Part shown: positions 1 through 8,969 of the stretch, in pieces | Layout of the letters: each line of letters starts with the position of its first letter | Numbering within the stretch: position 1 is the stretch's first letter | Assembly: GCA_021802585.1 (NCBI GenBank) | Contig: JAJZRQ010000002.1 | Location: 7,919 to 71,918, forward strand | Source: Chloroflexota bacterium | Lineage (GTDB): Bacteria; Chloroflexota; Limnocylindria; Limnocylindrales; CSP1-4 | Direction of reading: 5' to 3' | DNA: 64,000 bases | Program-made: the position numbers and the translations under genes | Notes under the pieces: generated by a model | Told to the model about the DNA's origin: nothing | The model's database searches: none | The model's input: only the letters and a program-made list of their open reading frames with translations

Positions 1-1125
1 ATGGAGGACCAGAAGATGGCCGCCTTCGCCCGCACGGAGCTCGATGTCCTCGGGCTCGCCCGGTCGGGCTCCCAGGCCGCCGTCCAGGTCTTCGCCGTGC
101 GCGACGGGAAGCTCGTCGGGCGGGACGTCTACCTCCTCGAGGCGCCGGCCGGGGTCGGCGACGCCGAGGCGCTCGGAGGCTTCGTCGTCCAGTACTACAG
201 CCGGGCCTCGGGCGTGCCCCCGGTCGTCCTCGCACCGCTCCGGCCGGCCGACCCGGACGACCTCGAGAGCCTCCTCGCGGCCCGCCGCGGGCGCCGCGCC
301 CGGATCGTCGTCCCGGCGCGGGGCGAGAAGCGGCGCCTCGTCGACCTCGCGGCCCGGAACGCGGCCGACTTCCTCGCCCGCGAACAGGCGCGCTGGCTCG
401 CCGATGAGGGCCGCGCCCTCGCCGCCCTCGAGCAGCTCGCCGAGGCCCTCGGGCTCGGCGGCCCGCCCTTCCGCATCGAGTGCTACGACGTCTCGACGAT
501 CCAGGGCCGCGAGACCGTCGGGTCGATGGTCGTCTTCGAGGACGGGAAGCCGCGGAGCGGGGCGTACCGGCGGTTCCGGATCCGGGGCGTCGCCGGGCAG
601 GACGACTTCGCCAGCCACGCGGAGATGCTCCGGCGGCGCCTGCACCGGGCGAAGTCCGGCGAGGAGGGGAGCGCGGAGGAACTTCGCTGGGCCCTGCCGG
701 ACCTCGTCATCGTCGACGGGGGGAAGGGTCAGCTCGCCGCTGACGTCGCCGTGCTCGAGGAGCTCGGCCTCGCGGAGATCCCGATCGTCGGCCTGGCGAA
801 GGAACGCGAGGAGCTCTTCCTGCCGGGACGCGGCGACCCGGTCGTCCTCCCGCCGACCTCGGCGGCCCTCCACCTCGTCCAGCGGATCCGCGACGAGGCG
901 CACCGGTTCGCGATCATGTACCACCGCGACCTGCGCCGGAAGGCGGCGGTCCGGAGCGCCTTCGACGACTTGCCCGGCGTCGGCCCCGCGCGCCGCCGCG
1001 CCCTCCTCCGGACGTTCGGATCGGCGAAGCGGGTGCGCGAGGCGCCGGTCGAGCAGATCGCGGCCGTCCCCGGGATCGGGCCCGCGCTCGCGGCGCGGAT
1101 CAAGGCGCACCTCGAGGCCGGCTGA
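1..1125 (+). CDS. uvrC: Excinuclease ABC subunit C, C-terminal part (5' end outside window)
   Basis: Frame open from base 1 to TGA 1123-1125. Shows UvrC endonuclease-region sequence (CYDVSTIQGRETVGSMVVFEDGKP, LVIVDGGKGQL) and a terminal helix-hairpin-helix pair (LPGVGPARRRALL ... VPGIGPALAARI). Confidence 0.9.
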   Translation: MEDQKMAAFARTELDVLGLARSGSQAAVQVFAVRDGKLVGRDVYLLEAPAGVGDAEALGGFVVQYYSRASGVPPVVLAPLRPADPDDLESLLAARRGRRARIVVPARGEKRRLVDLAARNAADFLAREQARWLADEGRALAALEQLAEALGLGGPPFRIECYDVSTIQGRETVGSMVVFEDGKPRSGAYRRFRIRGVAGQDDFASHAEMLRRRLHRAKSGEEGSAEELRWALPDLVIVDGGKGQLAADVAVLEELGLAEIPIVGLAKEREELFLPGRGDPVVLPPTSAALHLVQRIRDEAHRFAIMYHRDLRRKAAVRSAFDDLPGVGPARRRALLRTFGSAKRVREAPVEQIAAVPGIGPALAARIKAHLEAG

Positions 1126-1220
1126 GGAGGGGACGACGCGGCGCGGCCCGCCGGCGGTCGGGTGAGGATCCGCCGTCGATCGCCCGCGGACGCCGCCGCC
1201 GGACGCGCGGGGCGCAGGGG

Positions 1221-1229
1221 TGATAGCAT
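1221..1229 (+). promoter_or_regulatory. Candidate extended -10 (TGaTAGCAT) for secDF
   Basis: AT-containing TGnTAnnAT motif in a GC-rich intergenic gap; the secD ATG (1239) lies 9 nt downstream, leaving little or no leader. Confidence 0.4.
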
Positions 1230-1238
1230 CCCCCGCCG

Positions 1239-2624
1239 ATGCGTCGATTCACCCCCCTCCTGATCCTCGCCGTGTTCGCGGCCGCACTCGTCGTCAACTT
1301 CTGGCCCAACCTGAAGATCCCCGGGCTCGGACCGGACGGCAGCAGCCGCCTCGTGGAGACGAAGCTCGGCCTCGATCTCGTGGGGGGCCTCCAGGTCGAG
1401 TACCAGGCCCTTCCCGCCGGCGGCAAGTCGCCCGACGCGGCGGCGATGAGCACGATCAAGCAGATCGTCGAGAACCGCGTGAACTCGACCGGCGTCGTCG
1501 AGCCCGTGGTCCAGACGCAGGGCGTGGACCGGATCGTCGTGGAGCTCCCGGGGGTGACCAACCCCGACCCGATCCGCAAGCTCCTCGGCCAGACCGGCCG
1601 CCTCGAGTTCATCCCGCTCCCGCCCGACAAGTACGGGACGGGAACCTCGCCGGGCACGTATCAGGCCGTCCAGGGCCAGCCCCTCCCGACGCCGGAGACG
1701 CCGCTCTTCTCCGGCGACCAGGTCGACCAGGCGTTCCCGAGCCAGGACTCGAACGGGCTCCGCGCCGTCGGCTTCCGGCTGAAGAGCGAGGGGGCGAAGC
1801 TCTTCGCCACGTACACGCAGGCGAACGTCGGCAACTTCTTCGCGATCGTCCTCGACGGGAATGTCGTCTCCGCACCGGTCATCCAGAGCGCGATCACGGG
1901 TGGTGAGGGGATCATCACCGGCGGCAGCACGGGCTTCTCGGTGACCGAGATGAACAACCTCATCACGGTCCTCCAGTACGGCTCGCTGCCGTTCCCGCTC
2001 AAGGAGGTCAGCTTCCAGACGATCGGGGCGACGCTCGCGGGCTTCTCGCTCGACCGGATCCTCGTTGCCGGCCTCATCGCGGTCCTCCTCGTCTTCCTCT
2101 TCATGCTCGTCTACTACCGGCTTCCCGGGCTCGTGGCGACGCTCGCCCTCCTCTACTACGCCCTCGCCGTCTTCGCGATCTTCCGGCTCATCCCGGTGAC
2201 CCTGACCCTCGCGGGGATCGCGGGCTTCGTCCTCTCGGTGGGCATGGCGGTCGACGCGAACATCCTCATCTTCGAGCGGATGAAGGAGGAGCTCCGGCTC
2301 GGCAAGTCGCTCCCGGCCGCGATGGAGGCCGGCTTCAACCGGGCCTGGAACTCGATCCTCGACTCGAACGTGTCGAGCCTCATCACGGCGTCGATCCTCT
2401 ACCTCTTCGGCTCGTCGACGATCCGCGGCTTCGCCCTCGTCCTCATCATCGGCGTCCTCCTCTCGATGTTCACCGCGATCACGGTGACCCGGACGATGCT
2501 CCGCTTCGTCGTCCCGAACGAGTGGGCGCGGAGCGCCCGCCTCTACGGCCTCACCGACGAGGAGTTCGCGGGCGCCCGGGGCATCCGGCCGTCGCTTCGC
2601 GGGGAGGCCCGCTCCCGTGCGTGA
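1239..2624 (+). CDS. secD: Protein translocase subunit SecD
   Basis: 461-aa ORF with N-terminal TM, periplasmic domain (LGLDLVGGLQVEYQA, VDRIVVELPG) and C-terminal 5-TM block typical of SecD; secF follows immediately. Confidence 0.92.
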   Translation: MRRFTPLLILAVFAAALVVNFWPNLKIPGLGPDGSSRLVETKLGLDLVGGLQVEYQALPAGGKSPDAAAMSTIKQIVENRVNSTGVVEPVVQTQGVDRIVVELPGVTNPDPIRKLLGQTGRLEFIPLPPDKYGTGTSPGTYQAVQGQPLPTPETPLFSGDQVDQAFPSQDSNGLRAVGFRLKSEGAKLFATYTQANVGNFFAIVLDGNVVSAPVIQSAITGGEGIITGGSTGFSVTEMNNLITVLQYGSLPFPLKEVSFQTIGATLAGFSLDRILVAGLIAVLLVFLFMLVYYRLPGLVATLALLYYALAVFAIFRLIPVTLTLAGIAGFVLSVGMAVDANILIFERMKEELRLGKSLPAAMEAGFNRAWNSILDSNVSSLITASILYLFGSSTIRGFALVLIIGVLLSMFTAITVTRTMLRFVVPNEWARSARLYGLTDEEFAGARGIRPSLRGEARSRA

Positions 2625-3780
2625 CATCATCGGCAAGCGGAACTGGTTCTTCGCCTTCTCGCTCGCCCTCATCGTTCCCGGCCTCTTCTTCATCCTCCTC
2701 GGCCCGCTCAGCGGCGGGAAGGCCGGGCTCCAGTTCTCGATCGACTACACCGGCGGCACGAAGTGGGAGATCCGCTTCAAGGACACCGCCGTGACGCCGG
2801 ACCAGGTGAAGGCCGTCCTCGCGACGGCGGGCTACGCAGACTCGATCGTCCAGACGACCTCGGACAGCTACCTCCTCATCCGGACGAGGCCGATCGGGTT
2901 CGTGCCGACGGCGACGGAGGCGCCGGCGCCGACGGGCTCGCCCGCCGCCTCGGGTTCGCCCGCCGCGTCCGGCAGCCCCGCCCCGAGTGGCAGCCCCGCC
3001 CCGAGTGGGAGCCCGGTCCCGAGCGCGACCCCCGCCCCGAGTGGGAGCCCGGCACCTTCCGCCACGACCGCCACGCCCGCCCCGAGCGCGTCCGCGGCGC
3101 CGAACGGCGCGGTGACCCGCACGGGCGAGATCGGCACCCTCGCGACGGCCCTCGAGGCATCGCTCGGGCCGATCGAATCGCAGCGCCAGCTGACGACGAT
3201 CGGGCCGGTCATCTCGGGCGAGCTGACCCAGCAGGCGATCATCCTCGTCATCATCGGGTCGATCGGGATCCTCCTCTGGATGACGTTCCGGTTCCGGGAC
3301 TTCCGGTTCGGGATGACGGCCCTCGCGGCCCTCGTCCACGACGTCATCGTCGTCGTCGGGGCGTTCGCGGTCCTCGGCACGTTCTTCGGCCTCGAGGTGG
3401 ACGGCCTCTTCGTCACCGCGATGCTGACGATCATCGGGTTCTCGGTCCACGACACGATCGTCGTCTACGACCGGATCCGGGAGAATCGCTCGCGCCACGC
3501 GGGCGAGCGGTTCTCGGCGATCGTCAACCACTCGATCCTCCAGACCCTCGCCCGCTCGATCAACACGAGCCTGACGGTCGTCTTCACCCTCACCGCGCTC
3601 TTCCTCTTCGGCGGGGATTCGATCCGCCCGTTCATCCTCGCGCTCCTCATCGGGATCACCTCCGGCACGTACTCGTCGATCTTCAATGCCGCCCCGCTCC
3701 TCACGATCTGGGAGGAGTGGGACGCCGGGCGCAAGGAGCGCGCCACGCCCGGGCGCCCGGCCCGTCGCGCCACGGCGTGA
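2617..3780 (+). CDS. secF: Protein translocase subunit SecF carrying a Pro/Ala/Ser-rich repeat insertion
   Basis: GTG start overlaps the secD end by 8 nt, with GGGGAGG upstream. SecF signatures are present (GLQFSIDYTGGT, FSVHDTIVVYDRIREN). About 60 aa of PAS-rich low complexity sits in the periplasmic loop. Confidence 0.9.
   Translation: MRDIIGKRNWFFAFSLALIVPGLFFILLGPLSGGKAGLQFSIDYTGGTKWEIRFKDTAVTPDQVKAVLATAGYADSIVQTTSDSYLLIRTRPIGFVPTATEAPAPTGSPAASGSPAASGSPAPSGSPAPSGSPVPSATPAPSGSPAPSATTATPAPSASAAPNGAVTRTGEIGTLATALEASLGPIESQRQLTTIGPVISGELTQQAIILVIIGSIGILLWMTFRFRDFRFGMTALAALVHDVIVVVGAFAVLGTFFGLEVDGLFVTAMLTIIGFSVHDTIVVYDRIRENRSRHAGERFSAIVNHSILQTLARSINTSLTVVFTLTALFLFGGDSIRPFILALLIGITSGTYSSIFNAAPLLTIWEEWDAGRKERATPGRPARRATA
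2920..3105 (+). repeat. Imperfect 18-nt (6-codon) tandem repeats inside secF
   Basis: Repeated units such as agccccgccccgagtggc encode SPAASG/SPAPSG/SPVPSA/TPAPSG/SPAPSA. Confidence 0.8.
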
Positions 3781-3815
3781 CGGCCGCGGCGAGCCCGCCG
3801 GGTCGGGCGACGCCG

Positions 3816-5567
3816 ATGAAGCCGCGGATGAGCGGCCCGTGCGATCCTCCGGGGATGCTGGCTCCGCGCTATCGCTGGCGCTACCCCGACCGGGCCCCCC
3901 TCGACGCGTCGTACGCGGCGGCGGTCGCCGCCCACGGCGGCTCGACGCTCCTCGCGCGCGTCCTCGCCCGCCGCGGCGTCGCCCTCGACGAGCTCGCGGC
4001 GTTCTTCGGCCCGCCGGGGGCCGGGATCCACGACGCGGCACTCCTCCCGGACGCGGCGGCGGTCGTCGCGCGCGTCGGGCGCGCCCGGGACCGCGGTGAA
4101 CGGGTCCTCGTCATGGGGGATTTCGACGCCGACGGCCTCACCGGGCTCGCGATCCTCGCGACGGCCCTCCGCCACCTCGGCCTCGATGCCGCGACCCACG
4201 TGCCGAGCCGCCTCGACGAGGGGCACGGGCTCTCCCTCCGGGCCGTCGAGGCGGCCGCCGCCGACGGCCGGACGCTCGTCCTCACGGTGGACACCGGCTC
4301 GTCGAGCGTGGCCGAGGTCGCCGCCGCGACCGCGCGCGGGATCGACGTCATCATCACCGACCACCACCGCGTGCCCGACGTCGCGCCCGCCGCCGCCGCC
4401 CTCGTGAACCCGCACCGCCCCGGGGCGACGTACCCGGACCGCCGCCTCGCCGGGAGCGGCGTCGCCCTGAAGGTCGCCGCGCTCCTCCTCGAGCGCCTCG
4501 CGGGGACCCCCGCGGCGGAGACCGTGGCCGACCTTGCCGACCTCGCCGCGATCGGGACCGTCGCCGACGTCGCCCCCGTCCTCGGCGAGAACCGCTCGAT
4601 CGCCCGGCTCGGCCTCGCCCGGATCCGGAGCGACCCCCGGCCGGGGATCGCTGCGCTCCTCTCCGCCGCGGGGGTCGAGCCCGCCGCGGCGACCCTGGAG
4701 ACGATCGCCTTCGCCCTCGCCCCGCGCCTGAACGCGGCCGGCAGGGTGGGGGACGCCGGCGACGCCGCGGCCCTCCTCCTCGCCGCGGATGCCGCGACTG
4801 CCGCGGCGGCCGCGGCGGCCCTCGAGCGCGCCAACGCGACTCGCCGCGACGTCACGCGGGCCGCCCTCGACGAGGCCCGGGCCGTCCTCGCCGGGCAGGA
4901 CCCGGACCTGCCGGCGACGGTCGTCCGGGGGCCCTGGCCCGTCGGCGTCGTCGGTCTCGTCGCCGCCCGGCTCGCCGAGGACGCGGGACGCCCGGCCGTC
5001 GTCGCCGCGGAGCTCGGCGGGGTCCTCCGGGCATCCTGCCGCGCCCCCGAGGGATACGACCTCGCCGCCACGCTCGCGGCATGCGGCGATCTCCTGGAGC
5101 GCCACGGCGGGCACCGCGGCGCCGCCGGCCTCGAGGTCCGGGAGGATCGCTGGGAGCCGTTCCGCGCGCGGTTCCTCGACCTCGTCGCCGCGGGGGCCCC
5201 GGCCGACCCGCGACCGGAGATCCGCCTCGACCTCGCGGTCCCGGCGCGGGGCGCCGACTACCGGCTCCTCGCGCTCCTCGCCGGGCTCGCGCCGACCGGC
5301 CCCGGGAACCCCGAGCCGCTCGTCGGCGTCCACGGGCTCACGGTGACCCGGATCCGTGAGGCCGCCGGCGGCCATGCCCAGCTGACCCTCCGCCGCGCGG
5401 TCGACGTCGTCGACGCGATCGCGTTCGAGCGGGCGGACCTCCTCGAGAGCGTCCGGGAGGGCGACCGGGTGGACGTGGCGGGACGCCTCGCCTCCCGGCG
5501 GTTCGGGGGCATCGAGTCGCTCCAGCTCGTCGTCGTCGACGTCGCCCCGGCGGCGGCGGCCCGCTGA
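3816..5567 (+). CDS. recJ: Single-stranded-DNA-specific exonuclease RecJ
   Basis: DHH-family motifs (VLVMGDFDADGLTG, VIITDHHRVP, GGHRGAAG). The track ORF 2763-5567 extends upstream through secF; I take ATG 3816 as the first plausible start after the secF stop (alternatives 3828, 3855). Confidence 0.85.
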   Translation: MKPRMSGPCDPPGMLAPRYRWRYPDRAPLDASYAAAVAAHGGSTLLARVLARRGVALDELAAFFGPPGAGIHDAALLPDAAAVVARVGRARDRGERVLVMGDFDADGLTGLAILATALRHLGLDAATHVPSRLDEGHGLSLRAVEAAAADGRTLVLTVDTGSSSVAEVAAATARGIDVIITDHHRVPDVAPAAAALVNPHRPGATYPDRRLAGSGVALKVAALLLERLAGTPAAETVADLADLAAIGTVADVAPVLGENRSIARLGLARIRSDPRPGIAALLSAAGVEPAAATLETIAFALAPRLNAAGRVGDAGDAAALLLAADAATAAAAAAALERANATRRDVTRAALDEARAVLAGQDPDLPATVVRGPWPVGVVGLVAARLAEDAGRPAVVAAELGGVLRASCRAPEGYDLAATLAACGDLLERHGGHRGAAGLEVREDRWEPFRARFLDLVAAGAPADPRPEIRLDLAVPARGADYRLLALLAGLAPTGPGNPEPLVGVHGLTVTRIREAAGGHAQLTLRRAVDVVDAIAFERADLLESVREGDRVDVAGRLASRRFGGIESLQLVVVDVAPAAAAR

Positions 5568-6817
5568 TGGCCTCGCGCCCTTCGTCCGGGAAGACGCGGC
5601 GCCCGGTCCGCCGGACGACGGGGGACCCGTACGGCCTCGCCGCGGCACGGCCGTTCCTGGCCCCGCTCCTCGCCTTCGGGGGCCTCGTCGTCGTCGGGCT
5701 CGTCACCCTCTCGCTCCTCACCGGCGGCATCCCCTTCCTCCCGTCGCGGGGAGGCCCCGGGGGCGGGAATGGAGGACCTGCGGCGCCGGGCCGCACGCCA
5801 TCGCCGAGCGCGCCGCCCGTCGTCAACCCCGACATCGCGATCGCCGGCCGGCTCGTCTACGCGAAGGCCGGCAACCTCTGGATCCAGGAGGGGTCCGCCA
5901 CGCGGCTCCTGACCGCCACTGGCCGCGACTCCCAGCCGGCCTGGTCGGCCGACGGGACGTGGGTCTACTTCATCGAGACCCGCCGGACCCGGGCGAAGTT
6001 CCCGATCCAGGGCATCCCGGTCATCTACGACCTCAGCTACCCGATCCTCACCCGGATCCACCCGGATGGCAGCGGCCGGCAGGCGCTCCTCTCGGGGCTC
6101 TACCGGACCGGCCCCGGCGGCGCCTACGCCTGGTCGTTCTTCATCCGCGACCCGGCGGTCGCCCCCGACGGCACGAGCGTCGCCGTCGTCTCCGACGGTC
6201 CCGCTCCCCTCGCCTCGGATGTCGTCCTCGGGCTCGTTGACGTGGCGAGGAAGCGGCTCGAGCCGCTCGGGCTCTCGGAGATGCCCCCGTACGGCCACCA
6301 GGACCCGACGTGGCGGCCCGACGGGACGTACCTCCTCTACGTCCGCAACGCGCGTGAAGAGGGGCGCGGCGCCCCGACGATCTGGCGCTACGACCCGGCG
6401 ACGAAGAAGACGTCCCGCCTCAGCCAGCCCGGGTACACGGAGCCGCGGTACTCGCCGGACGGGCGCTACCTCGTGGCGACGAGGACGAGCACGCTCGGGA
6501 CGGACATCGTCGTCCTCGACGCGCGGGACGGCAACGAGCTCCTGCGGGTCACGACCGACGGGCTCTCATGGGGCGGCGCGTGGTCCCCGGACGGCACGCA
6601 GATCGCGTTCCTCCACCTCGAGGGGTCGACGACGGACCTCAGCCTCGCGACGATCACGCGAGGCCCGAACGCGAACCTGGCCGTGGCGAAGGTCCAGCCC
6701 CTCACCGAGTTCAGCGGCCTCGACGCGGCGAGCAGCCCCGCCTGGTGGGGCCCCCGCCCGGCGACCGCCCCGACGCCGGCGGCCACCCCCGCGCCCGCCG
6801 CGTCGGGGACCCCGTGA
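5567..6817 (+). CDS. Membrane-anchored TolB-like PD40 beta-propeller repeat protein
   Basis: N-terminal TM (LLAFGGLVVVGLVTLSLL), then repeated PD40-type motifs (PAWSADGTWVYF, VAPDGTSVAVVSD, PTWRPDGTYLLYV, PRYSPDGRYLVAT, GAWSPDGTQIAFL). The ATG overlaps the recJ stop (TGATG). Confidence 0.7.
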   Translation: MASRPSSGKTRRPVRRTTGDPYGLAAARPFLAPLLAFGGLVVVGLVTLSLLTGGIPFLPSRGGPGGGNGGPAAPGRTPSPSAPPVVNPDIAIAGRLVYAKAGNLWIQEGSATRLLTATGRDSQPAWSADGTWVYFIETRRTRAKFPIQGIPVIYDLSYPILTRIHPDGSGRQALLSGLYRTGPGGAYAWSFFIRDPAVAPDGTSVAVVSDGPAPLASDVVLGLVDVARKRLEPLGLSEMPPYGHQDPTWRPDGTYLLYVRNAREEGRGAPTIWRYDPATKKTSRLSQPGYTEPRYSPDGRYLVATRTSTLGTDIVVLDARDGNELLRVTTDGLSWGGAWSPDGTQIAFLHLEGSTTDLSLATITRGPNANLAVAKVQPLTEFSGLDAASSPAWWGPRPATAPTPAATPAPAASGTP

Positions 6818-7692
6818 CCGAGCCCTACCTCGCCCGCCTCGCCCGCCGGACGGCGGAGGCAGGCACCGTCCTCTGCGTCGGGATCGACCCGACGGAGGCC
6901 ATGCTCCCCGACGGATGGCCGACCGGCCTGCCCGGGATCGAGCGGTTCGCCCGGCTCGTCGTCGAGGCGGCCGCCCCGTACGCCGCCGCGATCAAGCCGA
7001 ACCTCGCGTTCTTCGAGGCCTGGGGGAGTGCCGGGGCCGCGGCGCTCGAGCGGGTCGTCGCGGCCACGCCATCCGGCGTCCTCGTCATCGCCGACGCGAA
7101 GCGCGGCGACGTGGAGACGACGGTCGCCCGGCAGGCGGTCGCGCTCTACGACGCGCTCGGCGCGGACGCCGTCACCGTGAGCCCGTACCTCGGCCTCGGC
7201 GCGCTCGGGGCGTTCCTGGAGCGCGAGGGCCGGTTCGCGTACGTCCTCTGCCGGACGTCGAACCCGGGGGCGGGCGAGCTCCAGGACCTCGTCGTCGCCG
7301 CCGACGCCGCGACGGGCGCCCCCGCGGAGCCGCTCCATCGCCGGGTCGCCCGGCGGGTCGCGGACGCGGGGCTCGGCGATCGCGCCGGCCTCGTCGTCGG
7401 GGCGACCGCGCCGGCCGAGCTCGCCGCGATCCGCGACCTCGTCCCGGGGCTCGCGTTCCTCGTGCCCGGCGTCGGAGCGCAGGGCGGCGACGCGGCCGCG
7501 GCACTCGCGGCGGGGCGGGCGGTCGCGGGACCGGCCGGGGCCGGGATCGGCGGCGGCCTCCTCGTCAACGTCTCCCGGGGGATCGCCGGGGCGGCCGCGG
7601 GACCGGATCCCGGGACCGCCGGCGGGGGTCCCGCGGAGCGCATCGCGGCAGCCGCCCGGAGGTGGTCCTCCACGCTCGCTGTGCTATCGTAG
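6814..7692 (+). CDS. pyrF: Orotidine 5'-phosphate decarboxylase (long, type 2 form)
   Basis: VLCVGIDP, AAIKPNLAFFE and VIADAKRGDV motifs. GTG 6814 overlaps the upstream stop (GTGA). The upstream part of track ORF 6568-7692 overlaps the previous gene and is not used. Confidence 0.85.
   Translation: MTEPYLARLARRTAEAGTVLCVGIDPTEAMLPDGWPTGLPGIERFARLVVEAAAPYAAAIKPNLAFFEAWGSAGAAALERVVAATPSGVLVIADAKRGDVETTVARQAVALYDALGADAVTVSPYLGLGALGAFLEREGRFAYVLCRTSNPGAGELQDLVVAADAATGAPAEPLHRRVARRVADAGLGDRAGLVVGATAPAELAAIRDLVPGLAFLVPGVGAQGGDAAAALAAGRAVAGPAGAGIGGGLLVNVSRGIAGAAAGPDPGTAGGGPAERIAAAARRWSSTLAVLS
7682..7690 (+). promoter_or_regulatory. Candidate extended -10 (TGcTATCGT) upstream of tatA
   Basis: Motif overlaps the last pyrF codons and stop (gct gtg cta tcg tag) and uses the rare CTA codon. 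tatA ATG lies 72 nt downstream. Confidence 0.3.
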
Positions 7693-7761
7693 CCCGGCCT
7701 CGCGAGGTCGCCGGGACGGCGCCGCGGGGCATCGTCACCGCACCCAGAGGTCGCACCCACG

Positions 7762-8100
7762 ATGCCCAACATCGGCCCCGTCGAGCTGATCATCATCCTC
7801 GTGATCGCGCTCCTCATCCTCGGCCCGGGGAAGCTCCCCGATGTGGGGGCCGCGCTCGGGAAGAGCATCCGCGAGTTCCGCAAGGCCGCCTCCGACGTCC
7901 AGGAGTCGGTGAAGCTCGACGCCGCGCCGCCGGCTGCCCCCGCCCCACCGGCGGTGCCCGTCGCGCCGGCACCGAACACGCTTGCCGCTCCTGCCCAGCC
8001 GAACACGCTCGCGCCCGCCGCGATGCCGCCCGCGCCGCCCGCGGACACGGCCGCGGAGGCCCCGCAGCCCGTCGGCAGCTCCTCCGAGGCGCAGGCCTAG
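7762..8100 (+). CDS. tatA: Sec-independent translocase protein TatA/E
   Basis: N-terminus MPNIGPVELIIILVIALLILGPGKLPDVGAALGKSIREFRKA is classic TatA; Ala/Pro-rich tail. Confidence 0.9.
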   Translation: MPNIGPVELIIILVIALLILGPGKLPDVGAALGKSIREFRKAASDVQESVKLDAAPPAAPAPPAVPVAPAPNTLAAPAQPNTLAPAAMPPAPPADTAAEAPQPVGSSSEAQA

Positions 8101-8118
8101 CCCCCTCGGGGCCCGCCG

Positions 8119-8949
8119 ATGGCCGACGCCGATCTCGCCGGCGGCGGCGCCGCCGCGCTCCAGCCCGTCGCGACGGCGACCCCGCCCGGCACGCCGGGCG
8201 GCGGTCCGGCAGCCGTCCACGAGCACCCCGCCGCCCCGCCGCCGGCCGACGCCGGGGTCATGCCGCTCGTCGACCACCTCGCGGAGCTCCGCCGCCGGAT
8301 CGCGACCGCGCTCCTCGCCATCGCCGCAGGCGCCCTCGTCGGCTTCGTCTTCAACCAGCAGATCATCGAGGTCCTCAAGGCCCCGTACGGGTCCGAGCCC
8401 CTCCTCCTCCTCAACCCCGGCGAGGGGTTCTTCATCACGCTCAAGGTCGCGCTCGCGACGGGGATCGTCCTCGGGATGCCGATGATCCTCTTCCAGGGCT
8501 GGCGCTTCATCTCGCCGGGCCTCACGGGCGAGGAGCGCCGGATCGCCCGGCCGTGGGTCCCCCTCGCGCTCCTCTTCTTCGTCGCCGGCGTCGCCGTCGC
8601 CTACGTGATCCTCCCGTTCGCGATCGCGTTCCTGTCCGGCTTCGGCACCGGCGACCTCCCGCTCCGCAACGCGTGGACGGCCGACGGCTACTTCGGCTTC
8701 GTCGCGACGCTCTTCGTCGGGTTCGGGCTCGTCATGGAGTACCCGATCGTCCTCGTCCTCCTCTCGAAGGTCGGGATCGTCACGGCCGCGCGCCTGAGGG
8801 CCTCGCGGCGGTACGTCATCATCGTCTTCGCGATCGTCGCCGCGATCGTGACCCCCGGCGGGGACATCATCAGCCCGACGGTCCTCGGCTTCACGATGTA
8901 CGCCCTGTACGAGCTCTCGATCCTCCTCGTCCGCGCGGGCGGCCGCTAG
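8119..8949 (+). CDS. tatC: Sec-independent translocase protein TatC
   Basis: PLVDHLAELRRRI and 6-TM TatC architecture. ATG 8119 adds a 47-aa Ala/Pro-rich extension; ATG 8260 is an alternative start. Confidence 0.87.
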   Translation: MADADLAGGGAAALQPVATATPPGTPGGGPAAVHEHPAAPPPADAGVMPLVDHLAELRRRIATALLAIAAGALVGFVFNQQIIEVLKAPYGSEPLLLLNPGEGFFITLKVALATGIVLGMPMILFQGWRFISPGLTGEERRIARPWVPLALLFFVAGVAVAYVILPFAIAFLSGFGTGDLPLRNAWTADGYFGFVATLFVGFGLVMEYPIVLVLLSKVGIVTAARLRASRRYVIIVFAIVAAIVTPGGDIISPTVLGFTMYALYELSILLVRAGGR

Positions 8950-8957
8950 GCGCGCGG

Positions 8958-8963
8958 TAGACT
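8958..8963 (+). promoter_or_regulatory. Candidate -10 (TAGACT), 6 nt before the rapZ ATG (leaderless candidate)
   Basis: gcggTAGACTggccgcATG; no Shine-Dalgarno is possible in the 6-nt gap. Confidence 0.4.
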
Positions 8964-8969
8964 GGCCGC

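Noticed and set aside
2763-3815. The N-terminal 351 codons of the 934-aa ORF 2763-5567, read as part of recJ.
   Set aside because: This segment overlaps secF in another frame and translates to Arg/Pro/Asp-rich sequence. RecJ homology (the DHH domain) begins only after the secF stop.
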